Source of the DNA: a virus
Virus record (IMG/VR): IMGVR_UViG_3300048999_000191
DNA: 64,000 nucleotides
Direction: 5' to 3' (one strand)
Part shown: piece after piece, positions 45,438 to 55,992 of the stretch
How positions within the stretch are numbered: position 1 is the stretch's first letter
Layout: every line of letters starts with the position of its first letter
The notes under the pieces: generated by a model
Database searches by the model: none
What the model saw: only the letters and a program-made list of their open reading frames with translations
What the model was told of the DNA's origin: nothing
Program-made: the position numbers and the translations under genes

Positions 45438-47407
45438 CGTCGCCGCCGGTGAGGGTTCCGTGCAGGGTTGAGCCCTCCTGCGCGGACCATCGTCCTCTTG
45501 CTCGGGGACAGTCGATTGAGCACATCCTGATCGGGTGACTCCATGTTGCGGTACGGGTTGAAGCCGCCCTGCTGGCCGGTCACGATGTTCATCTCGCGCA
45601 GCATGCCCGCCTGCCAGTTCCGGACCTGCTCGCCGAGGATGGTCCAGACCACTTCCATCATGCACTTGGCCACGTCGTCATGGACCACGGGACCGGTGTC
45701 CTGGTGCACGACGCGGTTGGTGGTCGCGGTGGTCTTCAGCTGGAGGAACTTCAGCTCCAGTTCGGCGGTCTCGTACCAGGGCGCCTCGACCCAGCCCTGG
45801 TTGATCGCGACCTTGAAGCACTCGGCCACCTGCCAGTTGTGCTTGGCGTCGGACTTCTGCTCGAAGATCGTCATGCGCTTCGGCGCGCGATTCTGCCGGA
45901 CCTTGCGGTTGAGCCGCTGGATCGGCATGGCCGAGTTGTGCTGGTCGAAGGTGAACTCGTCGATCTTGAAGCCCCAGATGATCTCCCACAGCTCGACGTC
46001 CACAACCTGGATGTAGTCGATCGTGTGGTCGGGGAACTCGGCCGGATCCCAATGATGGAGCAGGTCGAAGCGGCAGCGGAGAAAGCCGTCCTCGTGCTCT
46101 TCGGCGTGGCCGACGGCGAGACCGAAGTTGTCGTTGACCTTCGAGGGGTCCGCGTGTCCCTTGTAGAACGTCGTGAGGTTCTTGGCCGTGCGGGTCATTA
46201 CGAGGTCGTTCTGGAAGATCGCCTCGACCTTCTTCGGGTCCAGGTAGGCATCCACCACCGACTGCCAATGCGAGCGGCGCTCGACGGAGAAGGTGTCGGG
46301 GTTGGCCCGCTCCAGCTTCTCCATCCGCTCGTCGTACTCCTGGATGGCGCCCTTGAGCCGCTGGAACTTCGGGTGCGGCCGCTCCAGGTACTCGTTCAGA
46401 TCGCCGGTGAAGTCCTCCGGGAAGACGGGCAGCATGTGCGCGTCTTTCCAGTCGTAGTAGATCTCCCAGCTGGCCAGCTGGAGCATCATCATCTCGGGGT
46501 ACTCGGGGTTGCCGTCCTCGTCGAAAGCCAGCGCCATCTCCCAGTTCGCGTAGAACTGGCCGATCATCTGCCAGGGACTCGACGGGTCGATGATGAAGCC
46601 GTCCATCTTGAATTGATCAAGAGATGGAGTCGCTGAGCCATACACCTCTTCGGCGGAACGACCGGCACCCGAGGGCACCACGTGCGCCATCTCGTCGAAG
46701 CCGAGCCCGAAGGAGGCCGGGCCACGCGCGGACATCAGCGTGGCCTCCTTCGGCTGGATCGTGAAGGTGGCCATGTCCCGCGCGGTGGTGACCCCGCGCT
46801 GATTCTGCCGCCGCAACCGGACGAAGTCGTGCGGTGCGTAGATGGTCAGGTTCTCCCCGAGCGACCGGGAGATGTACTTGGCGAAGCACGGGGCGCCCTG
46901 GATGACGTTGACGACGTCCTTCCAGAGGTTCTCCCGGGCCTGCTGCTTCTTCCCGGCGTAGATGAACATCGCCAGCTGCTTGTCGCGGTCGATCCCGTAG
47001 TACTCCTGGGGATCACCCTTGGCCATGAAGCGCCAGAGCACGTAGGCCATGGCCAGCGCCGAGACGTAACCCTTCCCGGCGCGGCGGCCGAGGACCAGCA
47101 GGACCTCGCGGAAGTAGAAGTAGCCCTTGAGCCGGAGCGCGGCCATGCGCTGGCGGATCTTCGGCACGATGCCGTTGTTCCCGTGCCGCTCGAAGGAGGC
47201 CTCCCACTCGTCGATGACCATGTGGTCGTACTCGGTGAGGAGGTCGTTGCGCAAGAAGATGACCTTGAGCAGGGTTGCCTGACGCGGGTAGAGCTGCCCC
47301 CGGCCACACCAGCGCGGGTTGATCGCAAAGGTGATGGGGTCAGGAACCGGCAGCCCCGTGAACGCTGCGAAGTCCACGGGGCTGAAGGCCGGAGGCGAGA
47401 GGGTCAT
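45434..47407 (-). CDS. terL: terminase large subunit
   Basis: Walker A LGRRAGKG, Walker B FDEMAH, SSP coupling motif, nuclease HADPS..ND and HDDVA; ATG at 47407. Confidence 0.85.
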   Translation of the reverse strand: MTLSPPAFSPVDFAAFTGLPVPDPITFAINPRWCGRGQLYPRQATLLKVIFLRNDLLTEYDHMVIDEWEASFERHGNNGIVPKIRQRMAALRLKGYFYFREVLLVLGRRAGKGYVSALAMAYVLWRFMAKGDPQEYYGIDRDKQLAMFIYAGKKQQARENLWKDVVNVIQGAPCFAKYISRSLGENLTIYAPHDFVRLRRQNQRGVTTARDMATFTIQPKEATLMSARGPASFGLGFDEMAHVVPSGAGRSAEEVYGSATPSLDQFKMDGFIIDPSSPWQMIGQFYANWEMALAFDEDGNPEYPEMMMLQLASWEIYYDWKDAHMLPVFPEDFTGDLNEYLERPHPKFQRLKGAIQEYDERMEKLERANPDTFSVERRSHWQSVVDAYLDPKKVEAIFQNDLVMTRTAKNLTTFYKGHADPSKVNDNFGLAVGHAEEHEDGFLRCRFDLLHHWDPAEFPDHTIDYIQVVDVELWEIIWGFKIDEFTFDQHNSAMPIQRLNRKVRQNRAPKRMTIFEQKSDAKHNWQVAECFKVAINQGWVEAPWYETAELELKFLQLKTTATTNRVVHQDTGPVVHDDVAKCMMEVVWTILGEQVRNWQAGMLREMNIVTGQQGGFNPYRNMESPDQDVLNRLSPSKRTMVRAGGLNPARNPHRRRR

Positions 47408-47991
47408 CCCTGGACGGTCTCGGAACCCCGGAAGCGCCGCGCGTCGTCCGGGAACCGCTCGCTGTAGGCACTGGTCGACATCCGCTCGCCCGAGGGCCAC
47501 AGCTCGACCATGTCGCCGTCGTCGGTGGCCCAGCTGACGAACGCGGGCTCGTTGCCGGTCAGCTTCGCCTTCTGGAGCGCGTAGACCCGGGCCTTGTCCG
47601 GCGAGTCCTCCTCGGCGGCGACCTCGGGCAGATCGCGGTTCGTGAAGCACACGAACGCGCCGTACACAGCCATGCTCTGCTCCTTTGTGGATTTGCGGAG
47701 GATCAGGTTGTACTCGACCCGGTCGCCCTCCGCCTTGCGTCCCCACCGGCTCGTAAGGACGTCGAACTGGTCACCGTTGACCTCCAGCGCCGAACCGACC
47801 TCGGGAAGGTCGAAGGGGAACACCCCGAAGCCGCTGATGCCGCGATAGTCGTCCTGGCTCGCGGCATGACGCCACGCGAGGAAGGCAGCACGCACGTCCA
47901 GGACGCTGGACTCCCGGGGCACAGGAAGACCGGCCACCACGCACCCGGCGAGCAGCGCGGCCAGCTCCTCGGTGGTCTTCCGCTCGCTCAC
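47404..47991 (-). CDS. hypothetical protein
   Basis: GTG at 47991 coupled to neighbours. Confidence 0.65.
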   Translation of the reverse strand: MSERKTTEELAALLAGCVVAGLPVPRESSVLDVRAAFLAWRHAASQDDYRGISGFGVFPFDLPEVGSALEVNGDQFDVLTSRWGRKAEGDRVEYNLILRKSTKEQSMAVYGAFVCFTNRDLPEVAAEEDSPDKARVYALQKAKLTGNEPAFVSWATDDGDMVELWPSGERMSTSAYSERFPDDARRFRGSETVQG

Positions 47992-48465
47992 TTGACCTCC
48001 GACGGCTCCACGGCGAAGCCCTCGTCCTTCAGGCCCTTGCTGGCCAGGAACTCGTCCCAGCTCAGTTCGGTGTCGTCGATCAGCCGGACGTGGCGGGTGT
48101 CGCCGATGTCGTAGCCGATGCCGACCGGCTCGCGTCCGGCCTTGGCGAGATTCCGGCAGACACGGTTGGCGCGCTCTCGGGCAGCCTCCACGGTCTCGGC
48201 ACGCACCTCGGTGAAGACCAGGGTGCCCCTGTCGTCGTTGATCGCGGTCGCCTGCACGCTCATGCGCGCTCACCTCGTTCCTTCAGATACCACCGAACAG
48301 CGAAGTGCCAGGCCACGCCCATGGCGATGAGAACTACTCCACCGCCGACGTGATGCAGACGTTCATCCAGGCCGGAGTCGATGAAGGCTGCTTGGACCAG
48401 GAACCAGATCCCGACTGAGATGAGGAACTGCTGGCCTCGCGGTAGCAGCTTGAGAAACGTTTCCA

Positions 48466-48885
48466 TCAGTGGCTGTGTCCCTTCGTGTACTGCTGGACGA
48501 TCTCGTCGAGGTTGCGTTCGGCCTTGATCACGCTCGGGCCGTCGTTCTTCAGCCCGAGCAGGTTGGACTGGACCTCGTGCGCCATCCGGTCATGGTCGAA
48601 CTCGTGCGCATCGACGCGTCCTTGGATCTCCACGTCGAAGCTCCACAGGTCCGGGACGTGCTCGACCATCGGCTCACCGGTGAGCGGATGGTGGCCCTTG
48701 ACCTCGCCGGTGGCGTAGGTCTTGACGTCCACGATCAGGCCGATCTTGGCGAACTGCTCGATCACGTCGTCGACCAGGTCCTGCGGGTTGACCCGGGCGT
48801 CCTGGTACTTCTCCTGGAGCCGGAACAGCAGGTCCCGGCCAGCAGCCACCTCGCTGTCGTACGGGGTGCTGATGCTGTGCGTCAT
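48466..48885 (-). CDS. hypothetical protein
   Basis: 139-aa coupled ORF. Confidence 0.7.
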   Translation of the reverse strand: MTHSISTPYDSEVAAGRDLLFRLQEKYQDARVNPQDLVDDVIEQFAKIGLIVDVKTYATGEVKGHHPLTGEPMVEHVPDLWSFDVEIQGRVDAHEFDHDRMAHEVQSNLLGLKNDGPSVIKAERNLDEIVQQYTKGHSH

Positions 48886-49583
48886 TCCGGCGCTCCTTCG
48901 GTGAACTCGGCGTCGATCGGTTCTTCCTCGGCGGCGGCGTCGATCCGCCGTTTGATCGCCCGCAGGACGGGATCAGTAGTTAGGCGCGCACCCAGCGCTT
49001 CCCACATGTCGTCGGGCATGAGGTCGCGGGTGATCTCGAAGTACCGGACGAAGGCCTCGGCCCAGATCGCCGAGTCCACGTCGCCACCGGCGTCACTCTC
49101 GAAGTCCTTGATCAGCTTCGCGGCGGCGAGGCCGTCCTGGATCGAGGGCTGGAGAAGGCCGGTTGCGAGGCGCTCCTGGCTCCGCTGGAGCACCTGCTGG
49201 GCGAACCCGAACCCATCGACGATCCGCTCCGTCTCCTCCTCGTAGTGCTCGCTGAGGGCTCGGGTGCGGTCGTCCAGGATCCGCCGGGCTACGGCGGCTT
49301 CCAGGGGCATGTGGTTGTTCTTGACGTGCTGGAAGATCGACATCCAGCTCAGGTCGGGGAAGGTGCGCGTTTCGCTGCCCACCTGGTACTCCGTGCCGGA
49401 GTACTGCTGGGCGATGTCGCGGTAGCTGTGCGCGCTCAGGATGCGCTTCTCGATGTCGATCCGGGCGGGGTGCATGCAGGTGTGGCAGCGCGGCTCGCGG
49501 ACCGCGTCGTAGATCTGGCCGCCGATCTCGACCTGGATCAGGGCTCCGCGCAGCTGCTCGACTTCGGTACCGGCTTCAGCCAT
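48882..49583 (-). CDS. Zn/HTH protein, candidate terminase small subunit
   Basis: CHTC...SYRDIA...H...H then helical region; a few genes upstream of terL. Confidence 0.5.
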   Translation of the reverse strand: MAEAGTEVEQLRGALIQVEIGGQIYDAVREPRCHTCMHPARIDIEKRILSAHSYRDIAQQYSGTEYQVGSETRTFPDLSWMSIFQHVKNNHMPLEAAVARRILDDRTRALSEHYEEETERIVDGFGFAQQVLQRSQERLATGLLQPSIQDGLAAAKLIKDFESDAGGDVDSAIWAEAFVRYFEITRDLMPDDMWEALGARLTTDPVLRAIKRRIDAAAEEEPIDAEFTEGAPE

Positions 49584-50049
49584 CCGCCGGGCCCGAGTCA
49601 GTGCCGGTGTGCAGCCTCAGCGCGATGGTGTGCTCGGAGCGCGCCGCCGCACGGGCAAGACCGTCCCGGCTGTTGAGGTTCGGATTGGCCCGGTTGAGGA
49701 CCCGGTTGAACATGCCCTGCCGGATGGACGGATCCGGATAGCCGCTGGCGTTGTAGACCTCGTGGCCGATCCTGTTCTTGATCTTCCAGGGAGTCAGGAC
49801 GTCCGACTTCTCTTCACGCGAGGTAATGCCCCGTAGCTGACCGTAGATCAGCTCGTCGGCGGCCTCCTCCAGCGTCGGGTTCACCCCGTAGCGCACCCGG
49901 CGGCCGACCAGCGTCCCGATGCCTTCACGCCTCATCAGATGCCACTCGTCGTACTCGATCTGCTCCCAGGGCGTCAGCTGTTCGCCGTCCTGGACTTTTT
50001 CCCAGTGGGGAGGCTGATCCATGTGGAACAAGTCGCGCGTGTCGGTCAT
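49576..50049 (-). CDS. hypothetical protein
   Basis: 157-aa coupled ORF. Confidence 0.7.
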   Translation of the reverse strand: MTDTRDLFHMDQPPHWEKVQDGEQLTPWEQIEYDEWHLMRREGIGTLVGRRVRYGVNPTLEEAADELIYGQLRGITSREEKSDVLTPWKIKNRIGHEVYNASGYPDPSIRQGMFNRVLNRANPNLNSRDGLARAAARSEHTIALRLHTGTDSGPADG

Positions 50050-50753
50050 GCTGACCTCCTCCAGCTGATGCTTCTGCGGGCCAGGCGCGCGTGCTCGTAG
50101 TTCACGCAGGCCAGATGGCAGGCACGGTAGTCGGGCAGGCGGTACCTGTGCTGGACGGCGTAACCCATGGGCACCAGGCCGACATGAGCCACGTACATGA
50201 TCTCCAGGGGGTTGACATAGAAAAATCCCGCTGCCGAAGCGCGGGATTTCAGACGGATGCGGGGGACGTGGCCACCCGGGGTCGGCACGTAGCGGAGGCA
50301 GTGGTTGACCATGACCTCGGACTGATCCTTGATCAATCCTGCCAGCTGCTGGACGGCCCCGAGGGCCATCCGGTAGTGATCTTGAGCCCAGTCCTCGCGG
50401 CGGGAGCGGAAGCGGTCCAGGCCCCCGGCATCTACGAACTCGACCAGCTTCGAGAGCCCGAGTGCGGCGTACATGCCGATGGGGTTGGTCCGGGAGACGC
50501 CCATCAGCTCGGCGGCGTCGGCTTCCTTGTGATCTTCGACCAGGAACAGCCGGATCGCCGTGAACTGGGACTCGGTGAGCAGGCTGGCGGCCTTCTCGTA
50601 GAGGTACTCCAGATCCCAGATGGACCAGGTCACGCCGCGCGGAGTGGTGACCTCGTCGATCCCTTCCTGCTCGTAGAGGGACCTGAACTCCTGGAGGTAG
50701 CGCAGTAGTGACCTGAGTTCTGCCACCTCGGGAGATGCTTGTATCGACGTCAC
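50046..50753 (-). CDS. sigma70 region-4-like HTH protein
   Basis: LTESQFTAIRLFLVEDHKEADAAELMGVS. Confidence 0.6.
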   Translation of the reverse strand: MTSIQASPEVAELRSLLRYLQEFRSLYEQEGIDEVTTPRGVTWSIWDLEYLYEKAASLLTESQFTAIRLFLVEDHKEADAAELMGVSRTNPIGMYAALGLSKLVEFVDAGGLDRFRSRREDWAQDHYRMALGAVQQLAGLIKDQSEVMVNHCLRYVPTPGGHVPRIRLKSRASAAGFFYVNPLEIMYVAHVGLVPMGYAVQHRYRLPDYRACHLACVNYEHARLARRSISWRRSA

Positions 50754-50906
50754 GTAGCCCGAGCCCCTATCGAACCCTTAGTGGCCTCGGCAAACACCGA
50801 GGCGGGCGACCTAGTGGGCCGCCCGCCTCATCGTGACTCAACGTGATCCTTTTTGGCAAGGAGATCGTCCTATTAGGTCACGAGTTCGCATCTACTTTCG
50901 CGGTTA

Positions 50907-51596
50907 CTAACCCACGTGAATGTCCTTGAGTCGCTGAGCAATTCGCTCCATCGAGCGGACGAGAGCCTCCGCCTTGCGGCTGTAGTAGGTGCTCAGGATC
51001 GCGAAGAAGTGATCTTCCCGGGCGACCAGCTTGCCGCGCGCGGTGCGGGCCTCGACGGTGTCTTTCATCGTGCCCTCAAGACGTTCGAACCCGTCGGAGA
51101 AGCTCATCTCCCAGGTGACCTTGGCGTACATCGACTCGTACCAGGCCTCGGTGGCCCGCTGTTCCCAGATCGCCAGCCGGGTCGTGAGCTGGTAGAGGAA
51201 GCGCTCTCGCTCGCGGACGTTGAGCTTGCCCCAGTCCTCGATGTATCCCCCGGACGGGGTACGTCGCCACTCCGGCATCCCGGTCATCTTGTCCCGGAGC
51301 ACCTCGCCGTCGACCCGCACCGGCTCGCGCACGAGCGACCACAGCTCGACCAGCAGAGCGAAGGCGTCGGCGAAGTTGTCGGTCAGCCGCCGCTGCACGA
51401 CCAGGTGCATCTGATTCAGCTCGGAGCGCTGTTCCGGACGCCAGTCAACCCGCATCCGGGACTGCCCGGCGGTGGCGAACTTGCGCTTGCGCTCGTCCGG
51501 CAGCTCGGGCTCGATCGGCTTGTCCAGCTCGGCGCCCAGGTCGCGAGCGGTCTCCTCGGCAGCAGTCTTACCGCTCGCGCGGGTGTTGTTGGTCAT
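50907..51596 (-). CDS. hypothetical helical protein
   Basis: ATG at 51596 with RBS. Confidence 0.7.
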   Translation of the reverse strand: MTNNTRASGKTAAEETARDLGAELDKPIEPELPDERKRKFATAGQSRMRVDWRPEQRSELNQMHLVVQRRLTDNFADAFALLVELWSLVREPVRVDGEVLRDKMTGMPEWRRTPSGGYIEDWGKLNVRERERFLYQLTTRLAIWEQRATEAWYESMYAKVTWEMSFSDGFERLEGTMKDTVEARTARGKLVAREDHFFAILSTYYSRKAEALVRSMERIAQRLKDIHVG

Positions 51597-52282
51597 GATC
51601 CACTCTCTTTCTGCGCGCAGACCTTGCAGCCGAACGTCGCGGTCATCCGGTCGTGGGGGAGTCGCTTGCGGGAGACGGGGCTCTTGTGGCCGCACTCCAG
51701 CCGGGCGACCAGGCGGGTGATGTCACGGCCGGTCATGGTCTGAGCCACCACGACCTCCTCGAACCTCGCCACCGAGCGCCGGGGCGGCCCCTCGCCCTTG
51801 GCCGCCCGGCGGCGGCGCTCGGCGCCCAGCTTGTCCAGCTCTTCCCGGATGCGCTTCTCGCCGACGCCCAGGGTCCGGGCCATCTGGGCCAGGGTCAGCC
51901 CGTTGCGGGCCATTGGCAGCAGGAGGTGGGGTGGCAGGTACGCGGCCCGGCGGCCGCCGGTCTTCCGGAGCGGGATCCCATGGTGCTCCAGCGAGGACTT
52001 CACCCGCATCTGCCCGACCTTCAGCACGGCGGCGATCTCGGTCATCGTCCGCCCCTGCCGGACGTACATCCGCTCCAGGACGGCCTTGCTCAGCGGCGGG
52101 GCCTTGCGGGAGGGCCTGATCCGGGATGCCTGCTGGTGGCTGCGCAGGGGGATCTCGTAGACGACCAGCCAGCGCCGGACGGTGTCCTTGGCCACCCCAT
52201 ACCGGACGCAGAGGCGCCGGACGGACACCTGTTCATCCAGGTAGAGGCGCCGCAGCTCGTCCTTCGGGGGCAGCTCATACAC
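51593..52282 (-). CDS. multi-HTH DNA-binding protein
   Basis: Three repeated HTH units (L..LY...S...........V...L....IPLR). Confidence 0.7.
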   Translation of the reverse strand: MYELPPKDELRRLYLDEQVSVRRLCVRYGVAKDTVRRWLVVYEIPLRSHQQASRIRPSRKAPPLSKAVLERMYVRQGRTMTEIAAVLKVGQMRVKSSLEHHGIPLRKTGGRRAAYLPPHLLLPMARNGLTLAQMARTLGVGEKRIREELDKLGAERRRRAAKGEGPPRRSVARFEEVVVAQTMTGRDITRLVARLECGHKSPVSRKRLPHDRMTATFGCKVCAQKESGS

Positions 52283-52928
52283 CGGGCACCGGCCTCGACA
52301 GCTGGACCAGGCCGACCGAGAACGCGTCGCGCTGATCCTGGTTCTTGATCAGATCCATGCCGGTGATCCCCAGCTGGACGGCCAGCTTCTTCAGCTCGGC
52401 GTGGTGCTGGGCCTTGGTCACTTTGTCCGTGCCGCAGACGAACCGCTTGTGGGTCTGCGGGGTGACCATGCGCTGAGTCGACAGCCGGAGATCGCGCGCG
52501 GCGACGCGCACGGCCATGCTGCCGAGGATTGAGGCTTCGGGCCGGATGATGCGGCCGCCGCCCGCCGGGGGCGCCTCGTGCACGATCTCCTGAGCGATGA
52601 GGCTGAATCCGGACGTGACCTCCAGCACCCAGTCCTTGAACTCCCCGGCGAGCTGCATGGCCCGCTGGAAGTTCGCCTCCCAGCCGGAGACCTCGCCTTC
52701 CTCGGTGCTGAACTTGCGCGCGGCGAGCACGCAGATCTGAGGGCTGCCCATCACCCAGGCATTGATCATGAAGACGGCGGCGAACTTGCGCAGCGACTGG
52801 TCGACGGCGATCACCTGGCGCGGGAAGTACTCGCGCATCGGGAGATCGTCCAGCGTCGGCGACCGCCACTCGTCCTTCGTCTTGCTCGGCCGACCGGCCG
52901 CGAAGGCCTCCAGGGCGTCGGTGTTCAT
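52275..52928 (-). CDS. RuvC-like resolvase
   Basis: IAVDQS, VHEAP, DQRDA catalytic pattern. Confidence 0.7.
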   Translation of the reverse strand: MNTDALEAFAAGRPSKTKDEWRSPTLDDLPMREYFPRQVIAVDQSLRKFAAVFMINAWVMGSPQICVLAARKFSTEEGEVSGWEANFQRAMQLAGEFKDWVLEVTSGFSLIAQEIVHEAPPAGGGRIIRPEASILGSMAVRVAARDLRLSTQRMVTPQTHKRFVCGTDKVTKAQHHAELKKLAVQLGITGMDLIKNQDQRDAFSVGLVQLSRPVPGV

Positions 52929-54772
52929 CGAGCGATCCCTCCCATCGGGCAGAACTCGCGGACGGGGCAGCTACTCGCCCTGGCCGAGCCGAGCACACAG
53001 CAGGGCTCGGGCAGCCAGCCCTCCTGGGTGGCGACGATCGCCTCGCGGTACTTCGCCCGCTGCCTGGCTTGGAACTCGGGGTCGGCGTGGACCACGAACT
53101 CCTGCATCGGGAACGGGCTGGCCATCGAGACGATGAAGTACCGGCTCTTCGCCTTGCCCGAGATCATCAGGTAGTCCTGGGTCTGCTCCCAGTAACCGAA
53201 CGGGTTCAGCTCGCGCAGCACGTCCTCGGACGTGTACTTCTTGATCTTCATGTCGTTCATGGTGTTGTGCGTGACGATCCCAGCGGTCACGTGGTTACCG
53301 CCCTCGACCTGCATGGCTACCGTCGGCCGGTGCAGCGGCAGTACTCGCACTTCGGCGATCCTGTCCCACCCGAGCTTGCCGACCTGGTGCTGGTTCGGCT
53401 TGGTGATCGCAGGGACGTTCAGGTCACGTAGCTGCGCCGCTTTGCCCGAGACCAGGGGGATCTGCTCGCGGAAGCGGGTCACCGACACGCGGTCGCGTAC
53501 GAACAGCACGTAGGAGATGTGCTCCTCGCCCTTGTAGGTGCCTCGCGCCGTGCTGATCGAAGAGCGGATGCCGAGGTAGCCCAGCAAGATCTGGCACTCT
53601 TCCAGCAGGCGCCGATTCACGCTGGCGTACTTCAGCTGCGCGTAGGGCGAACGCACCACCGAGCCATCTGCATCGAAGTAGCCTCCGAGGAACCCGGCCC
53701 AGCTCTCCGGGCCGCCGCGCCACACCGAGTCCGGCACGAACTTGGTCCGCGACTTGGTACCGGCGAGCCCGTTTTCTCGCACCAGATTGAGCACTCGGTT
53801 GACATGATGACTGCCGCGTCGCTCAGTGCCCGCAAAGCGCCAGGTGATGTCCTTCGACAAGTGCATCTCCGCGTTCAGGGTGGCGGCATATGCGCGCATC
53901 CAGTCCAGGAAGGCCGAATCCTTCTTGGTGATGTAGATGCAGTTCGCGTGTAACGTGCCGTCGCCGACGAGCATGCCCAGGAACCGCGCTTGATCGGCGT
54001 CCCCGCCTCCCGCGTGCCATCCAGCGTCGAAGGCCACCCGAACCAAATCCTTCGGCAGCAGGTTCTCGGCCAGCACCCAGCCTCGATCGGTGAGGAACGG
54101 GTGGTTGACCGTGGTGATGATCCGTTTGCCTTCCTTGGTGATCACCTCACAGCACGGGGCGACTCCGTTGTCCCAGGACTCCTGCACCCGGCGCGGACGC
54201 AGGCTCTGCGACGCCTCGTCCCAGCCGAGGACCATGTCCCCGGCCTGGATCTTCCCTGCGGCCTTGAGCGTGCCGTCGGCCATCGAGACGGGGGTCTCGG
54301 GGTCAAGGCATTTCAGCTCGAACAGCTCGTCGTCGGCCGTGGCCATCTCACCGTCGGCGTGCCCGGTCAGGTTGTGGTACTCGTCCCGCAGCGGCACTTC
54401 CACCCGGGTCTCGATGTCGTCGGCCGCCGTGGTGCCGGGCTGCTCGCGCAGCAGGCCTTCCTGGAGCCCGATCTGCTGGATGATCCGGTGCCAGAACTTG
54501 CCCTGAGTGACCGCCATGACGAACTCCAGCGCGGGCGGCTCCTGAGGCACGTCGGCGCCGTGCTTGAGCAGGTAGGTCAGCTGGCGGGCAGTCCAGTCGC
54601 CGTGGGTGGACGGGTGGAAGTACCCGTCCCAGCCGCGCGTGCTCTCCGCCCAGCCTTCCACGTCGACTGTGAACCGCTTGAACTTCGGGTTGGCCATGGC
54701 CGCCCGCAGCACTGGGATGAAGAGCTGCTGCTTCTTCAGCCCGGACAGCGCACGGTTGAGGTTGAGCGCCAT
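52925..54772 (-). CDS. Cas4-like PD-(D/E)XK exonuclease containing an intein
   Basis: FHPS, G..WH, GHADG, FELK|T, QTQDY, C-terminal Cys cluster. Confidence 0.82.
   Translation of the reverse strand: MALNLNRALSGLKKQQLFIPVLRAAMANPKFKRFTVDVEGWAESTRGWDGYFHPSTHGDWTARQLTYLLKHGADVPQEPPALEFVMAVTQGKFWHRIIQQIGLQEGLLREQPGTTAADDIETRVEVPLRDEYHNLTGHADGEMATADDELFELKCLDPETPVSMADGTLKAAGKIQAGDMVLGWDEASQSLRPRRVQESWDNGVAPCCEVITKEGKRIITTVNHPFLTDRGWVLAENLLPKDLVRVAFDAGWHAGGGDADQARFLGMLVGDGTLHANCIYITKKDSAFLDWMRAYAATLNAEMHLSKDITWRFAGTERRGSHHVNRVLNLVRENGLAGTKSRTKFVPDSVWRGGPESWAGFLGGYFDADGSVVRSPYAQLKYASVNRRLLEECQILLGYLGIRSSISTARGTYKGEEHISYVLFVRDRVSVTRFREQIPLVSGKAAQLRDLNVPAITKPNQHQVGKLGWDRIAEVRVLPLHRPTVAMQVEGGNHVTAGIVTHNTMNDMKIKKYTSEDVLRELNPFGYWEQTQDYLMISGKAKSRYFIVSMASPFPMQEFVVHADPEFQARQRAKYREAIVATQEGWLPEPCCVLGSARASSCPVREFCPMGGIAR
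53264..54310 (-). mobile_element. intein (349 aa) with LAGLIDADG endonuclease
   Basis: Starts CLDPET; TVNHPF block B; LGMLVGDG and LGGYFDADG; ends VTHN followed by Thr. Confidence 0.92.
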
Positions 54773-55058
54773 CAGATGCCGAACGCCTTGAGCAGGGCCT
54801 TCATGCTGTCCTTGCTCTGCGCCTTCTGGGCCAGCTCGACGAGCAACTTGGCGGCCGTCTTTTCGTCTTCGAGGCCTTCCGCGAGCCACTCCATGATCAC
54901 CGGAGCGGCCTTGGCCATCTGAGCGTGATGCTCCAGCCCGGCGAGGTCCTCGGCCTCCTTCGGAGTCAGGATCAGGGGCGTCTCGGTCAGCCCGTAGACG
55001 ATGACCCGACCCTCGCCGAGCACGTACGTCCACTGAGCCCGGATTTCTCGGTCCTCGC

Positions 55059-55586
55059 TCACGCGACCACTCCGTTCAGTCGTTGCTCGGCCAGGTCGAG
55101 CAGGGCATCCCAAGTCAGGTCCCCCTCGGCGCCTAGCAGCACAGCCAGCCGGTGCCGGGCGTGGCGCTCCTCGTTCTGGACGTCCCGCAGCACCCCGGCC
55201 GCGCTGGCGGCCTCCAGGCCCCGGATCTGCGCCGCGCGGGCGTCCTCCAGGATCGCGGCGAAGTCGTTGGCCTCCAGCGCGATCAGGTCCAGCTCGGGCT
55301 TGAGCAGGAAGCCCTTGCTGTAGAAGCGGATCGCGATCGAAGGGATCAGGCCGCCGGACTGCTCGCAGGCCTTCGACCACATCTCCCGGCTGACCGATAC
55401 CGATGCGTGCTGGGTGGCCTTGCCGTCCCAGGCCAGCGCATGCGGCTGCTCGTGCTGGTTGTTCTTGCCGTCCATCTGATCCCGCCAGTGGCTACCCGAC
55501 CCCTTGGTCTTCCGGCCGTCGAGCAGCTCGGCCAGGAAGTCTTCGTGAAGGTCACTCATGTCGCGGGTGCTGGGCTTACTGACCAC
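55059..55586 (-). CDS. PD-(D/E)XK Holliday-junction-resolvase-like protein
   Basis: HE..LA..L.G..TKGSG...DG...WDGKAT. Confidence 0.6.
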   Translation of the reverse strand: MVSKPSTRDMSDLHEDFLAELLDGRKTKGSGSHWRDQMDGKNNQHEQPHALAWDGKATQHASVSVSREMWSKACEQSGGLIPSIAIRFYSKGFLLKPELDLIALEANDFAAILEDARAAQIRGLEAASAAGVLRDVQNEERHARHRLAVLLGAEGDLTWDALLDLAEQRLNGVVA

Positions 55587-55992
55587 GGATGATCGCCTCC
55601 ACGTCGCCGGGTTGGCAGCTCATGCAGATCTGGAAGCTGTTCCCGACCGGCGCCAGCGTCTGCGGGTCGAGCAGCGGGGTGTCCCAGAAGAACTGCCCGC
55701 CGATCAGCTCGCGCCCGCAGGTCAGGCACTTCACGGAGCCCTGCTCGGGGTAGTCGGCAGGGTTGAACCGGCGCCGGATCGATCGGCCATAGACGTGCGC
55801 CGCGAGGTAGCGCGCCAGCTCGGGGTCGATCAGGCGACCAGCTATCTGGGCGTCCGGGTCGGGCTCCGAGGCGCGCTTGAGCCGCTCCCTCGACTCTCGC
55901 AGTTCGCGCAGCATCTTCCGCGTGGCGAAGCCGAGCACGACGAAGCCCCCCAGGATGACCAGGGAGACGGCGATGACCCAGATCTGCTCCAC
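55576..55992 (-). CDS. membrane-anchored Zn-finger protein
   Basis: N-terminal TM segment; CLTC...CMSC. Confidence 0.6.
   Translation of the reverse strand: MEQIWVIAVSLVILGGFVVLGFATRKMLRELRESRERLKRASEPDPDAQIAGRLIDPELARYLAAHVYGRSIRRRFNPADYPEQGSVKCLTCGRELIGGQFFWDTPLLDPQTLAPVGNSFQICMSCQPGDVEAIIRGQ

Noticed and set aside
52925-54772. Cas4-like gene as evidence for a CRISPR-Cas system
   Set aside because: It is a solo nuclease in a recombination/replication operon beside RecA and a RuvC-like gene, which is usual for phages.
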